64,000 bases of DNA from Auanema rhodensis (GCA_964057225.1 OZ059895.1:15996001-16060000), one strand, 5' to 3'; positions 41,301 to 50,285 are shown, counted from the stretch's first letter. Notes: generated from the sequence alone by a model not told the origin. Made by a program: numbers and translations.

Positions 41301-44300
41301 TCCCAATCGGCTTCTGGCGGAACATATGGTAGAATTGGCTTATGCTTAAAGGGTTCACAAGCCGGAATTTTTCCAATTATTGCCTGTCCGATGACTGAAT
41401 TAGCTTCCATAGCTATTGTTTCATCGGTATCGTTACGGAACATAACATATACTCCACTGGTATCACGAAACGCAGTTGGATATAATGATTTTAATGCGCT
41501 TCCACTATCCCCTAAGACAACCACTTCGTTAGATTCTAGTGGTTTATCTGTCTTTATTGGGATAGGTGCCTCTTCATCAGGCTTTAATGTTTTTGTTCTT
41601 AAATTAATGATATTCACAGTTATCTCCGTATGCTTAATAGATTCGTTTCCTATTAATGGGATGGCATTGTTTCCAATCTCCAACCTCTTCTTGGATGGTT
41701 TAAGGCTGACGTCGATGTTTTCGCTGTCAAGCGCTTTCATGAAATCTAGTCCAATTAAAGCGGGAGCAGGACAGTCATGATCGTTTGAGACCAAAAAGGT
41801 GTGTTCGATCTCGTAACCGGCAATTTCAATTACAAGATTTATCTTTCCATAAAATGTGAAAGTGGACTTGTTGGCTGCCATCGCTACTAAATGTCTCTTC
41901 TTGACATTTTCGGCCATGTTCAGATATTTGAGGGTGGAGAGCCTAACATATGACACTGATGAGCCTGAATCCCATAAAGCTAAAATCAGTTTATCTTCAA
42001 CTGATATATATACTAATGGTAACTTTGTTTCCGCTGATACAATAGAAGCAACAAATGGTATTGCGATTGGAATAAATGTTACTAAAGCAGGATAGTATTG
42101 CTTCATGATGTTATCTGGCATCTGTTGGTCTGGGCGGCTTACAAGTTCCAATGTTTCTTCATAGCTTGGGGGCTCATTATCTATTTCGTGGACATGCATT
42201 ACGGTTAGTGGAGTGGCTCTGAAGAACCAAAATTTAGCAACAACGAAAAGAATTATTAATACTGCGGCAATCGTAACCATTGATCCTATGAAGATGAGTG
42301 TTCTCTCAATTGATCCTATTAGAAATTGCTTTACGCTAGTCCAGGCGGAAGTTGTGAACTCAGCTGCTTTAGAGATATAGTCACTGCCCTTTTTCAAAAG
42401 ATTAAAGGCGGACGTAATTTTTGGATCGTTGTGAATAGTATGTAAAACATGGTTCTGTCGTATGGATGCTAAACTTGCTCCATATGCAATAGCTGTTGAC
42501 ATTGAGTAAACTCTCAATGATAAATTGGTGTATAAGTTAGCGCCTGTGAACTTTAAAGGTGTTAATTGGTGGTATTGCGCTTTATCAAAGAGTGATATTG
42601 GTTTTACTTCAACCGATCCATTTATATTTATCCATTCTCCATTTTGATAGTATACATCTGTGGGTACATGTTCGCAATCTATCTCTTTTCCATGTGTTAA
42701 TAAGTCTCTTGATCCTGGAGCAGCAAAATATAATCTCTCATCTTCTGTTATTACTGGTGTTTCCAAATAGCATGTATCATTGATCTTATGATTATGATAA
42801 ACAGCTTTAGGTTGAAGAGGTAGGCATATACGAACATGAACTATATCGCTGCCTACGAAACGGGCTGCAATATCCTCTCTTCCTAAAATAGTCCTCATTG
42901 CTATTGTAGGTTCTATGTGTAAAATAGAACGCCATAGCTCGAGGTATCTATTTTGAATCTCACATATGGATTCATAAGATTCCATGAAATGTTTCTGTAG
43001 CTCTTCTTGTATGAGTGTTGTTGTATATTGTAGATGATCTTGAGCTATTCTGCGAGATACGTTGAGGTTGAATTGTATTTCGTTGTTCACTTTTGACGCT
43101 GTATACGTTGCCTGAGCCTGAATTTCTCTGGTTTCTACGGGTGGAGATGATGTTCTTTGTTTCCTTAAGATTCGTGACGCCGTGTCAGTGACTGTTGCTA
43201 ATGTTGTTGGCGAGAGAGTCGTAGTTATCGCGGCTGTTGTCGTCTCAACTGTGGTTGTCGTCGGAATCCGAGTCGTATGGCTTTTAGTTGTCTCCTGAAC
43301 TAGTGAAGCGGGTTTGTCCGTTGTTGTCGTTAATGACAGTCTTCTAGTCAGATAAGGCGGTGTTTCAATATCCTCTAACAGTGGTAAAAATGTTTTTATA
43401 AGTAGCTGGCGTGTATCTGCGCTTGGGTTTTGAATGCGAGGGTGGGGCCCTATCGATATACCGTAGTTAGAATCTTTATCTCGATATAATTTGTTGGTAT
43501 CTGGCACATTGATTGTTAATTGTCGGAACTTTTCATCATCTACGGCTGCTGCTGTTTTATTTGGCCTTATTACTCGCAATGTCATCAAGTTATGGTATAA
43601 GTAAAGAGTGTTTCTAAGTACTATACGCTCATCAGCATTGTCAGTTGTTAGAGTTGGTCGGATCGGCGGCATGTTCACAAAGGATTTTAAAACCTCTTGC
43701 CTTGATGGTACCGACAGATTGTTTTCAAATATTACCGGTGTATAAGCTAACTCCATCGCTATGCTTTCGGCTCTTTCACGGTAGGATCCGTCTTTTTCTA
43801 GCAGTTTTTCGTCAAATTCGTGTGCTGTTAATCTGTCACCTATCTGTTCTAATAATTGTTGTGAGGTTAAATACCGTATAGCGCCGCGAGTGGTTGCTGC
43901 CAGTTCCTTTTGCGCAAGAAAATAAAGTATTGCTTCCTCAGGGTCGTGTATTTCGTATGTTTGAAGGAAACGTTGTATGGATTTATCAGATACGGGACTT
44001 CTTAAGAAGAAATAAAACTTCTCGGGATGTGCTGAAACCCAATCAATAATTGAATATGAAGGGTTGACAGCTCGTCTGGCCTTTATAAGCGGTATTATCT
44101 GATAAATACCAGGATTACTCATCACCGGTCGTAAGAAAGGATAAGGACAAATATTTAATATTAAAGTTTCAAAATCTTCCTGTTTTTGTATCCACTCCTT
44201 GTTTAATTCAACCGTGCATTCCGCAATTGCTCTTTTATCTCTTTTCGCCGGAAGTTTCTTATATTCTCTCTCTATTAAAACATGGATATTGGTGTCATTT

Positions 44301-46054
44301 GGGTACTGTGGTAAGAGAATGTAATTGCCAGTTGTGGTGTGGAAGATTGGCTGTTTAAAACAAGAAGATATTTGCTTCGGTATCTCTTTTTGATCGATTA
44401 CAAGGGCTGATTGAGTGGTTGGTAACAGAATAATGCCGTCTCCAATTATCACATCATATTCACTCATGTCGATATAGTTGCATCGATATTCATAAGGCTG
44501 TTTCTCCCATATGATGATTGAGGTATCTGATGCACATTCTCCATGATGCGCTAAGCATCCTTCAGTATTTAGTATTAAATTGGAGATTATAGTTTCATCT
44601 GGCATCCGTGTCATAACCCCTCTTTCGATAACCAATCTGGCTTTCTCTTCACATAGTTCATTATTAAAAGATCGGCCTGGCGAGAAGGAAGGCTCGTCAG
44701 TTGCATATGTTATGCTGTCGATCTTCTTTAATTCACTCCAATTCCATCTTCTATCTCTCACTGCCAGTCTGCATTCTGCAGCTGGTATCTTTTCAATTCT
44801 CGCTATCGTTGTATTGGTATCTCTAAGGAACAAAAGGTCTCTGATACACATTTTATGAATTTCTTTGGAGCATCTCCATGCATCCCATTCATGTGCCGTT
44901 TGATTCCTTGTATAAAGATGAACTTTTGTTCGTAAGATATGCTTTATTGGTGGTAATAAGCATTTTCGGAGAGATGGGGGACGGAGAAGGGCTCCTCCAG
45001 TAGCTTTAGTACATAGCTGGTATGCTTCAGCTGTTGTAACCAGTGATAAGATTACTGATAAAGCTACGGCTAAAGTCAAAGGAGATATCAGAGTCAAATT
45101 ATTGACTCTTGAGCCTCTACCTCTGCCTCTATTGTTGTTATTTCCCCTAAAGGTACTGTTATTTCTCTGTCTATTATTGCTCATTTCTTGATTTTGTGAT
45201 GCATTATGGCTTCTTTGATACCCATTTTGATTTTGATTCTGATAATTTCGACCGCGGTCACCAAAATTGCGGTTCCTAGCAAATGGGTTTTGGAAATTCC
45301 AGCCTTTTTGATTTTTTGAAAATTTATGATAATTTTGATTGTTTTGAAAGTTTGGATGATAATTGTTATAATTATTATAATTTTGATAATTTTTATTATT
45401 AAAAGATTGATAACCTCTTGCCATACCTCTCCCACCATTGTTTCTGCGCGGGGGGAAAGTTCTTTCAATTGCGTTAACCAATAGCGCCTGAGGGTCTGCT
45501 ACTTGGTTTGCAATTGATTCCTCCCAGCGAGCACTATCAACAGCCTCAGCAAAAGTTTTGGGTTTTGCTCGAATTACCCCTGGGCGTATCGTATTTTTCA
45601 AGCCTCTCAAAAATGTGGACCTCAGAATGTGATCTTTATGAGTATCACTATTAGAGAAAGCATTTAAGCTGAGGTTTCTTAACGTTTGTGCAAAACCATC
45701 AATTGATAAATCGCCTTGAGTGCTGTTTTGAAGTGTGATAAGGGCAGGGTCTTGATTGTATTCGGGACACAGCTTGGATGTTAACTCTTCTATTAGGGTA
45801 ACCCAAGGTCCAGCTGTTCTGACCTTGTCAGGTAGCTCTAAATAAGCTTCCTCTGCTCTGTCATTTTTCAATAGTAATGGTAAAATAGTTAGTCTTTCGG
45901 GCATCACTAAGCCTAAGGCGTTAGAAAAGGTATTAAACTTTGCCACGAAATCTCTAAAGTTACGACTTCCGTCGTATATGGGGCAATAAGGTGAGCTTAA
46001 TGCGTGCGCAATGGTAGATTTACCAGCTCCCGGAAGACGTGGTGTCTCCGTCAT
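38348..46054 (-). CDS. Gag-Env-Pol polyprotein (2568 aa): capsid-like Gag, internal signal peptide, gB-like class III fusogen with TM, aspartic protease, RT, RNase H, integrase
   Basis: Gag YDGS...FLRGL; signal LTLAVALSVILSLVTTAEA; TM at about 42221-42300; LWDSGSS; RMPMGL and YLDD; ESDGS/EIEA/TDH; integrase H-x-H...CIKC, MDVMGP, ITDRGSNF, NGQVER, YDGPY. Confidence 0.95.
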   Translation of the reverse strand: MTETPRLPGAGKSTIAHALSSPYCPIYDGSRNFRDFVAKFNTFSNALGLVMPERLTILPLLLKNDRAEEAYLELPDKVRTAGPWVTLIEELTSKLCPEYNQDPALITLQNSTQGDLSIDGFAQTLRNLSLNAFSNSDTHKDHILRSTFLRGLKNTIRPGVIRAKPKTFAEAVDSARWEESIANQVADPQALLVNAIERTFPPRRNNGGRGMARGYQSFNNKNYQNYNNYNNYHPNFQNNQNYHKFSKNQKGWNFQNPFARNRNFGDRGRNYQNQNQNGYQRSHNASQNQEMSNNRQRNNSTFRGNNNNRGRGRGSRVNNLTLISPLTLAVALSVILSLVTTAEAYQLCTKATGGALLRPPSLRKCLLPPIKHILRTKVHLYTRNQTAHEWDAWRCSKEIHKMCIRDLLFLRDTNTTIARIEKIPAAECRLAVRDRRWNWSELKKIDSITYATDEPSFSPGRSFNNELCEEKARLVIERGVMTRMPDETIISNLILNTEGCLAHHGECASDTSIIIWEKQPYEYRCNYIDMSEYDVIIGDGIILLPTTQSALVIDQKEIPKQISSCFKQPIFHTTTGNYILLPQYPNDTNIHVLIEREYKKLPAKRDKRAIAECTVELNKEWIQKQEDFETLILNICPYPFLRPVMSNPGIYQIIPLIKARRAVNPSYSIIDWVSAHPEKFYFFLRSPVSDKSIQRFLQTYEIHDPEEAILYFLAQKELAATTRGAIRYLTSQQLLEQIGDRLTAHEFDEKLLEKDGSYRERAESIAMELAYTPVIFENNLSVPSRQEVLKSFVNMPPIRPTLTTDNADERIVLRNTLYLYHNLMTLRVIRPNKTAAAVDDEKFRQLTINVPDTNKLYRDKDSNYGISIGPHPRIQNPSADTRQLLIKTFLPLLEDIETPPYLTRRLSLTTTTDKPASLVQETTKSHTTRIPTTTTVETTTAAITTTLSPTTLATVTDTASRILRKQRTSSPPVETREIQAQATYTASKVNNEIQFNLNVSRRIAQDHLQYTTTLIQEELQKHFMESYESICEIQNRYLELWRSILHIEPTIAMRTILGREDIAARFVGSDIVHVRICLPLQPKAVYHNHKINDTCYLETPVITEDERLYFAAPGSRDLLTHGKEIDCEHVPTDVYYQNGEWININGSVEVKPISLFDKAQYHQLTPLKFTGANLYTNLSLRVYSMSTAIAYGASLASIRQNHVLHTIHNDPKITSAFNLLKKGSDYISKAAEFTTSAWTSVKQFLIGSIERTLIFIGSMVTIAAVLIILFVVAKFWFFRATPLTVMHVHEIDNEPPSYEETLELVSRPDQQMPDNIMKQYYPALVTFIPIAIPFVASIVSAETKLPLVYISVEDKLILALWDSGSSVSYVRLSTLKYLNMAENVKKRHLVAMAANKSTFTFYGKINLVIEIAGYEIEHTFLVSNDHDCPAPALIGLDFMKALDSENIDVSLKPSKKRLEIGNNAIPLIGNESIKHTEITVNIINLRTKTLKPDEEAPIPIKTDKPLESNEVVVLGDSGSALKSLYPTAFRDTSGVYVMFRNDTDETIAMEANSVIGQAIIGKIPACEPFKHKPILPYVPPEADWESKLPYFPRDFIKDLDLENADLTKEEKHELTKIIESHREAFLNEDRKIGLFKGPIEHTIPLRTDMDMPKPRITRIPLGKQEEIEKQVKEMLEQGIIEPSTSLFNSPVVLVKKKDDTYRFVTDFRALNNVTRKQTYVIPSISDIVDLAAGAQFFSNFDLVSGFFQISLRKSDRPLTAFTTTSGTYQYKRMPMGLCGAPHTFQTAVRYLQSKCSCKLFVYLDDLLVISDTREQHLKDIDDLLQAVEELGMKIKLKKCAFAQPEVKFLGLIVGCQGIKPDPQKVAAIQDYPAPKNATGVRAFLGMVGFFRKFMKDFARIASPLYDLTKADTEFKWENKHKEALDLLKRSLIQAPVLSPPKSDRLFIVESDGSNIAIGAVLLQPEDPKQPLKNLHPIAFASRKLVKAERNYAPIEIEALGLVYALNQFRTYILGTHTICITDHRPLTSLMTRRDLFGRLAKFQLVIQEYDIEIKYRAGQLNKVCDALSRYIGEEANDAKPETKKTKMEEIHINAINTPTIKEIQLNTPWIKRTIAEIEYRAQKNMTANDRYCVINDLLYTKPTDKKPQPAIVIPQEHPIIEEIIKVFHEDPTIAAHQGIIKTKEAILRRFYWTNMQNDITIFIKNCIKCAQRKKDPHSMTVQPIGHFEIPSKPFERVHMDVMGPFPPSKRNCTYVITMQDAFTKWSTTIAVPQITTEITIDRFLRHFVYIFGPPHRLITDRGSNFVSKKFEEMCTKLGIKHEPTLPHQKNSNGQVERLHRTLEEGLTHYLKEDLSDWDTVLPKITFAINNIQHATTGIAPYIALFGKECRMSMDAELPETITKIQEISEELLQRRPDMDKRDEIIKNRIAKNQENAKKKKDRTQRAHHRDIQPGDMVMTTIKSHQIGQKLRKSYDGPYEVINVEGSKVQIRNSSGKLQDIHKDNLKIFSPASQNISYNTRARFRESQAEEDSDIEIIEVINRNNKDSIDTEPEDENEDEIWLPRNEEE

Positions 46055-46119
46055 GGTTGGTATATCCTCAGGGTATGTGCGAGATGACGTAATCCCTTTA
46101 CTGCCTGAGCTTCTCGCCG

Positions 46120-47052
46120 TTAAATTCTTACCTCCCTTTTTCGAGTTACCAGATGTTGGATAACTAATGGTAGGGGCGGCTGAGGAGAACCGCTTCCCTG
46201 GGAGTTTGATAATTCGACTCGTTGCCTGAGGCGTCGAATGTATTGATACGCTTGAGCTGGGTATAGCGCTATCTGACTTATTAAGGGTTGGGTTGGAGGA
46301 TACGTGAAGAGAGTTATCACTTGTTCTGTTGTTACCTCCCCTGGAGACAAATTCAAAACTTTTATTAAGCGAGCTGTTAAAGATTTCTTACTTTTGAACT
46401 TATCAGTAGTTAGTGATAAGGGCAAAACTTCGGTAATTTCCTGATTTGGTTCTACAGGATTATTAGAGGTTGAGCGCCTACGCGGTGTATTAGTTTTTCT
46501 TTTATTAATTTTTTTAGAATCAAGCTTTTTCGAATCAAGCTTATCAGTGATAACTGATAAGGGTGATTTGCGAATAGTGAGAGATGAGGTTTTATTAAGT
46601 TGTGAGTTTTCTATCGGAGTGGAAAATGCCTGCGGTGTTAGAGTTAGTTCAAAAGAAGATGCAAGATCGTTATCAGTATTAACTGATAAAGTTGATAAGT
46701 TTAGGTGGGGAGTGGCTGGTGAAGTATTAGAGGTTATTTGTTTTGGTTTTTGAATTTTTTGAATCTTTTTATTACTTTTAAAAGAGTGTACCTTTGGAGT
46801 TGAAGCTGAAGTTTGAATATTGTAGTCCTGAATATAGAAATCAGGGTCCTCCTCGGTGTTGTCCGGAGGTGAATACGTGCCTTCTCGAGGAATGAAGGTT
46901 TTCTCGACTTTGGGTTTTACCTCTTGTTCAGGCTCTTCAATCTGAACACTGAGGAGTCGAGTGCGGCTTCTGGTTCGACTGGCGACTGCGATGTCGTCAC
47001 TGGACTCAGAAGGGTATAGAGCAGGGACGGCCGAAGAGTATCTTCGTGCCAC
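46120..47052 (-). CDS. Upstream S/T/K-rich ORF0, probably an N-terminal extension of Gag in the adjacent frame
   Basis: 310 stop-free codons with no ATG (GTG start in the track); overlaps the open upstream extension of the polyprotein frame. Confidence 0.55.
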   Translation of the reverse strand: MARRYSSAVPALYPSESSDDIAVASRTRSRTRLLSVQIEEPEQEVKPKVEKTFIPREGTYSPPDNTEEDPDFYIQDYNIQTSASTPKVHSFKSNKKIQKIQKPKQITSNTSPATPHLNLSTLSVNTDNDLASSFELTLTPQAFSTPIENSQLNKTSSLTIRKSPLSVITDKLDSKKLDSKKINKRKTNTPRRRSTSNNPVEPNQEITEVLPLSLTTDKFKSKKSLTARLIKVLNLSPGEVTTEQVITLFTYPPTQPLISQIALYPAQAYQYIRRLRQRVELSNSQGSGSPQPPLPLVIQHLVTRKREVRI

Positions 47053-47472
47053 TTTGGAATCACTCTTGGTTTGGAAAAACCGCGAGTGTTTCGTTATATG
47101 GGGGATGTTGACGTTGAATGAGTGACAAGAAATTCAGGTCGGTTATAGGGAAAAGTAAGAAAAGTTTGAAGATTGAGACGTGGCGTCTTTCGCCGAGAAT
47201 CGTTATTAGATGAGAAAGAGTTTTAAAATCTTGGCCTGAGATCTGGCTCCGCCTATCTACCGTATTCTCTTTTCTTTATTCTTTTTCACAGATGTTCATC
47301 AATTATAAATTTTGTTGGTCTTCGCTCTTTCCAGCCTCAATCTTAATACTTTACTCTAATTGAATTCTTGAAAATATGAGAGAGATTTTCAGTCGTTTTA
47401 TGTCCCCTTTTTATGCATAAGATTCTTTATATTTGTAGAGCTGAAGAAGAAAGAAAAAAAAATAATCAAAGA

Positions 47473-48451
47473 ATGGCTTATGAAGGTCTATCGGGAATGA
47501 CTTTTGTCTTGAGAAAGCTGTACGCTGACCTCGTCTTGTATGATCAAGACGAAGTGTTAGCTTATAGGCCTCACCCAGACATGATTAAGATGGTTGGTTA
47601 AAGCAAAGAAACATGTTATATTAATAATAAAAAAAAAATTTTAGTTTATCGAGGATTTAAAAATGCATTATCTGGGGAGGGGATTAGTGAATTTCTCCCT
47701 AATGCAAGAAATAGCGGATGAGGTTGCAGCTATTGGGCGATGGTGCCTCACCGATTTGTGCGCGCATTGGTATGAAAACCCCAATTTAATCGCATCCCCT
47801 TGGAATTGGTATGAGCATAAGCCTCATGATTTTTATGATTATATGTCTAAAATTTTGTTTAAAATTTATTTGTTTTATGAACAGTCTCCTATGGGCTTAT
47901 TGCTAAGGACCTCTGCGGATTCAGAGTATTCGCAGTATTTAGAGCCTAGCAATGAGCCCATCTCACAGCCTATAGAATTTGTGAGACAGTTGCATTTTAA
48001 ATGGGGCTTTTAACAATTGTTTTATATATAATAAATACTTAATTTCACTCATTTGTTCTCTCTCTCTCTTTTTTTTTTCATAACACAAACTTTGGTCGAG
48101 CTTATTAATAAAGAAGGAGTGCGTGCGCCTTGGGAAAATGGCTCATGTGCACGTTGATTATTAAAAGCCGTGGGCGATTCTTTTCCGGAATGATTTTGGC
48201 ATGCTAATGAGATTCCGAGAATATTTAAAAAGATTGCTCATTTTACTAATGGACTGAGACCAAAGCTCGTTTATAAAACGCAATTTTTTTCTTTAAACCA
48301 TTTTACTAATTTATAGAATATTACAATATGAAGACTACGGTAGGTGTGTGGGAATATCTTATGATGTTAGCAACAAAAATGAGCTGAGGAAGGTGACACA
48401 TTCTACGGAGAAGAAAACATCCGTAGCCCATGTGCTTTCGCCAAAATGACC
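47473..48451 (+). pseudogene. Antisense intron-containing accessory gene or remnant inside the element 5' region
   Basis: MAYEGLSG...DMIKM exon joins in frame across a 52-nt GT-AG intron (47593-47644) to FIEDLKMHYLGRG...; later exon-like blocks carry in-frame TGA stops; AATAAA near 48521. Confidence 0.5.
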
Positions 48452-48982
48452 TGACAGGCAACAAAATTTGTGCCAGGATTTTTCGTACTAGTGTGGTCTA
48501 TTCTCACAATCAAAAAAAAAAATAAAAACCGAATAACGGCTCCCGCAAAAATATTTAGTTAGCATGCTCTTTTACGCCTGAATTTAACTTTCAAATCTCT
48601 AGTCCTGACCACAATAAAATATTAAACTTTGTGCGCTTTCAAAATTTCATTCTAACTCCTCGTTGCCAAATAATAATGTAATCAAAATTTCGTTTGGTGA
48701 AATTGTCCCCTATTTCGATCCAAACGTCCTCAAAAAAAAATGCAAGAGAAGCGGTGCAGGATACGGTATTATAAGGGTGGACACTCAGACGGTTTTATGA
48801 GTGGGGACAGCGGGTGAAATTTCAAAATTATATAGTCCTAGCTCTCTAAAAGAGAGATCCCTTGTACCTGCACCTTATACAAGTTGGCGCCCTCATTATG
48901 TTGCTAACCGTGGAGGAAGTTTTAATTTAGATATCAAAATATGGACTTTTTATGCGAGTTTTTGCGACAAAAATGAGTTCGA

Positions 48983-48995
48983 GGTGGAACCTCCA
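48983..48995 (-). promoter_or_regulatory. Primer-binding site complementary to the tRNA-Gln 3' end
   Basis: TGGAGGTTCCACC directly after the 5' LTR; metazoan tRNA-Gln ends ...GGTGGAACCT-CCA. Confidence 0.85.
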
Positions 48996-49361
48996 CGTTC
49001 CATTATGCTCCTACGTATATTGAACAGACCATTGTAGTCTGCTCAACTACGCGTATAGTATTCCATAAGTGTAGCGGTATGGAAACAGAGCATAAGGATT
49101 ACATAAGATAAGGAAATATATAGGTTTATTATACACAATACAATATCATTACAATACAATAACACAAGGATAAAGTAAACTACATTTACAAGACAAAGAC
49201 TAATATATAAGATTAACTAAGTTAGATGCAAACCGTCCATGGGCTTGCAAAGGGGCGAACTCCCGAATAGGGGCATGAGGGAAGGCGGTGCCATTCCTCA
49301 TTCCTCTAGTCGGTCTGGCTCTAACCCTGCAGTTACATATATAGAGTCTCCGAATGGAACG
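48996..49361 (-). repeat. 5' LTR of the Gypsy element
   Basis: 366-bp direct repeat of 37283-37648. Confidence 0.95.
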
Positions 49362-49394
49362 GTATGGCCTGTTAGACTCATTGAGTTGACCATT

Positions 49395-49558
49395 AAACTT
49401 ACCTGGCTGGGAGCTGCCCGCGATCATCAAGGCGGGCTCTCTACGAAGAGGCCTGATCATTGCACTTTTCGATTGGGCTGACCTGTATGGCAATCTCGAG
49501 TTGAGATTCGCCAACAGCTAAATTTTTGCGTTTGGGGATGCGTTCGCGCGTCCCTTAC
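49395..49558 (+). ncRNA. U1: U1 snRNA (separated from its upstream promoter region by the insertion)
   Basis: Intact coding region; insertion at -33..-30. Confidence 0.9.
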
Positions 49559-49797
49559 AATCTCGAGTATTAATTTCACGCTTGGTAATCAGAATATCGT
49601 GAGAGTTTCACGTGAAATCCACGTACATCCACACGCTCACTTCATTTTTGAATTATAATAGCACTTGACCGGTTGTTCTTCATGTTATAAAATTACTTCT
49701 ATACTACAATTTTTCTTTTCAGGAAATTGTGATCATTGAAGCCAAGGGAGAGACTTAGAATCGTAACGTTGGTATTCTGATAACGTGTAGTCTCATA

Positions 49798-49869
49798 TCC
49801 TCGGTAGTATAGTGGTGAGTATCCGCGTCTGTCACATGCGAGACCCGGGTTCAATTCCCGGCCGGGGAG
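49798..49869 (+). tRNA. trnD-GTC: tRNA-Asp(GTC)
   Basis: Copy of 31172. Confidence 0.97.
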
Positions 49870-50121
49870 AATGTTTTACACCTGTTCAGTATGTTTTCTT
49901 CCAGGTAATGCCCTGAGGGTTAAATTATCCGTAAATGTATTGTTTCATTGGCTAAATAGTTGTGAACGGGATGGTCGCCAATACTTTCGGGTTCTTCCCG
50001 CTTGAGTTGCAATTAAAACCTGATCGAATGTTTTTCCTCAAGATTCAGAAATTGAATAAAGTGAAACCCATATGAGATACCAAACAAGGTATGGCCTGTT
50101 AGACTCATTGAGTTGACCATT

Positions 50122-50285
50122 AAACTTACCTGGCTGGGAGCTGCCCGCGATCATCAAGGCGGGCTCTCTACGAAGAGGCCTGATCATTGCACTTTTCGAT
50201 TGGGCTGACTTGTATGGCAATCTCGAGTTGAGATTCGCCAACAGCTAAATTTTTGCGTTTGGGGATGCGTTCGCGCGTCCCTTAC
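50122..50285 (+). ncRNA. U1: U1 snRNA, one C>T variant
   Basis: GACCTGT>GACTTGT. Confidence 0.93.

Larger units (their letters stand above)
37283..49361 (-). mobile_element. Full-length env-bearing Ty3/Gypsy LTR retrotransposon (endogenous retrovirus-like), 12,079 bp
   Basis: Two 366-bp direct LTRs, GTAT target-site duplication (37279-37282 and 49362-49365), PBS, PPT, and PR-RT-RH-IN domain order. Confidence 0.96.

Noticed and set aside
40908-41780. 290-aa plus-strand ORF and other antisense ORFs within pol/env
   Set aside because: Shadow frames of the long polyprotein with no recognisable motifs
48085-48195. TGA-as-Trp alternative genetic code or G>A hypermutation in the antisense accessory gene
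   Set aside because: Only two TGA codons, exon boundaries are uncertain, and the adjacent polyprotein is intact under the standard code
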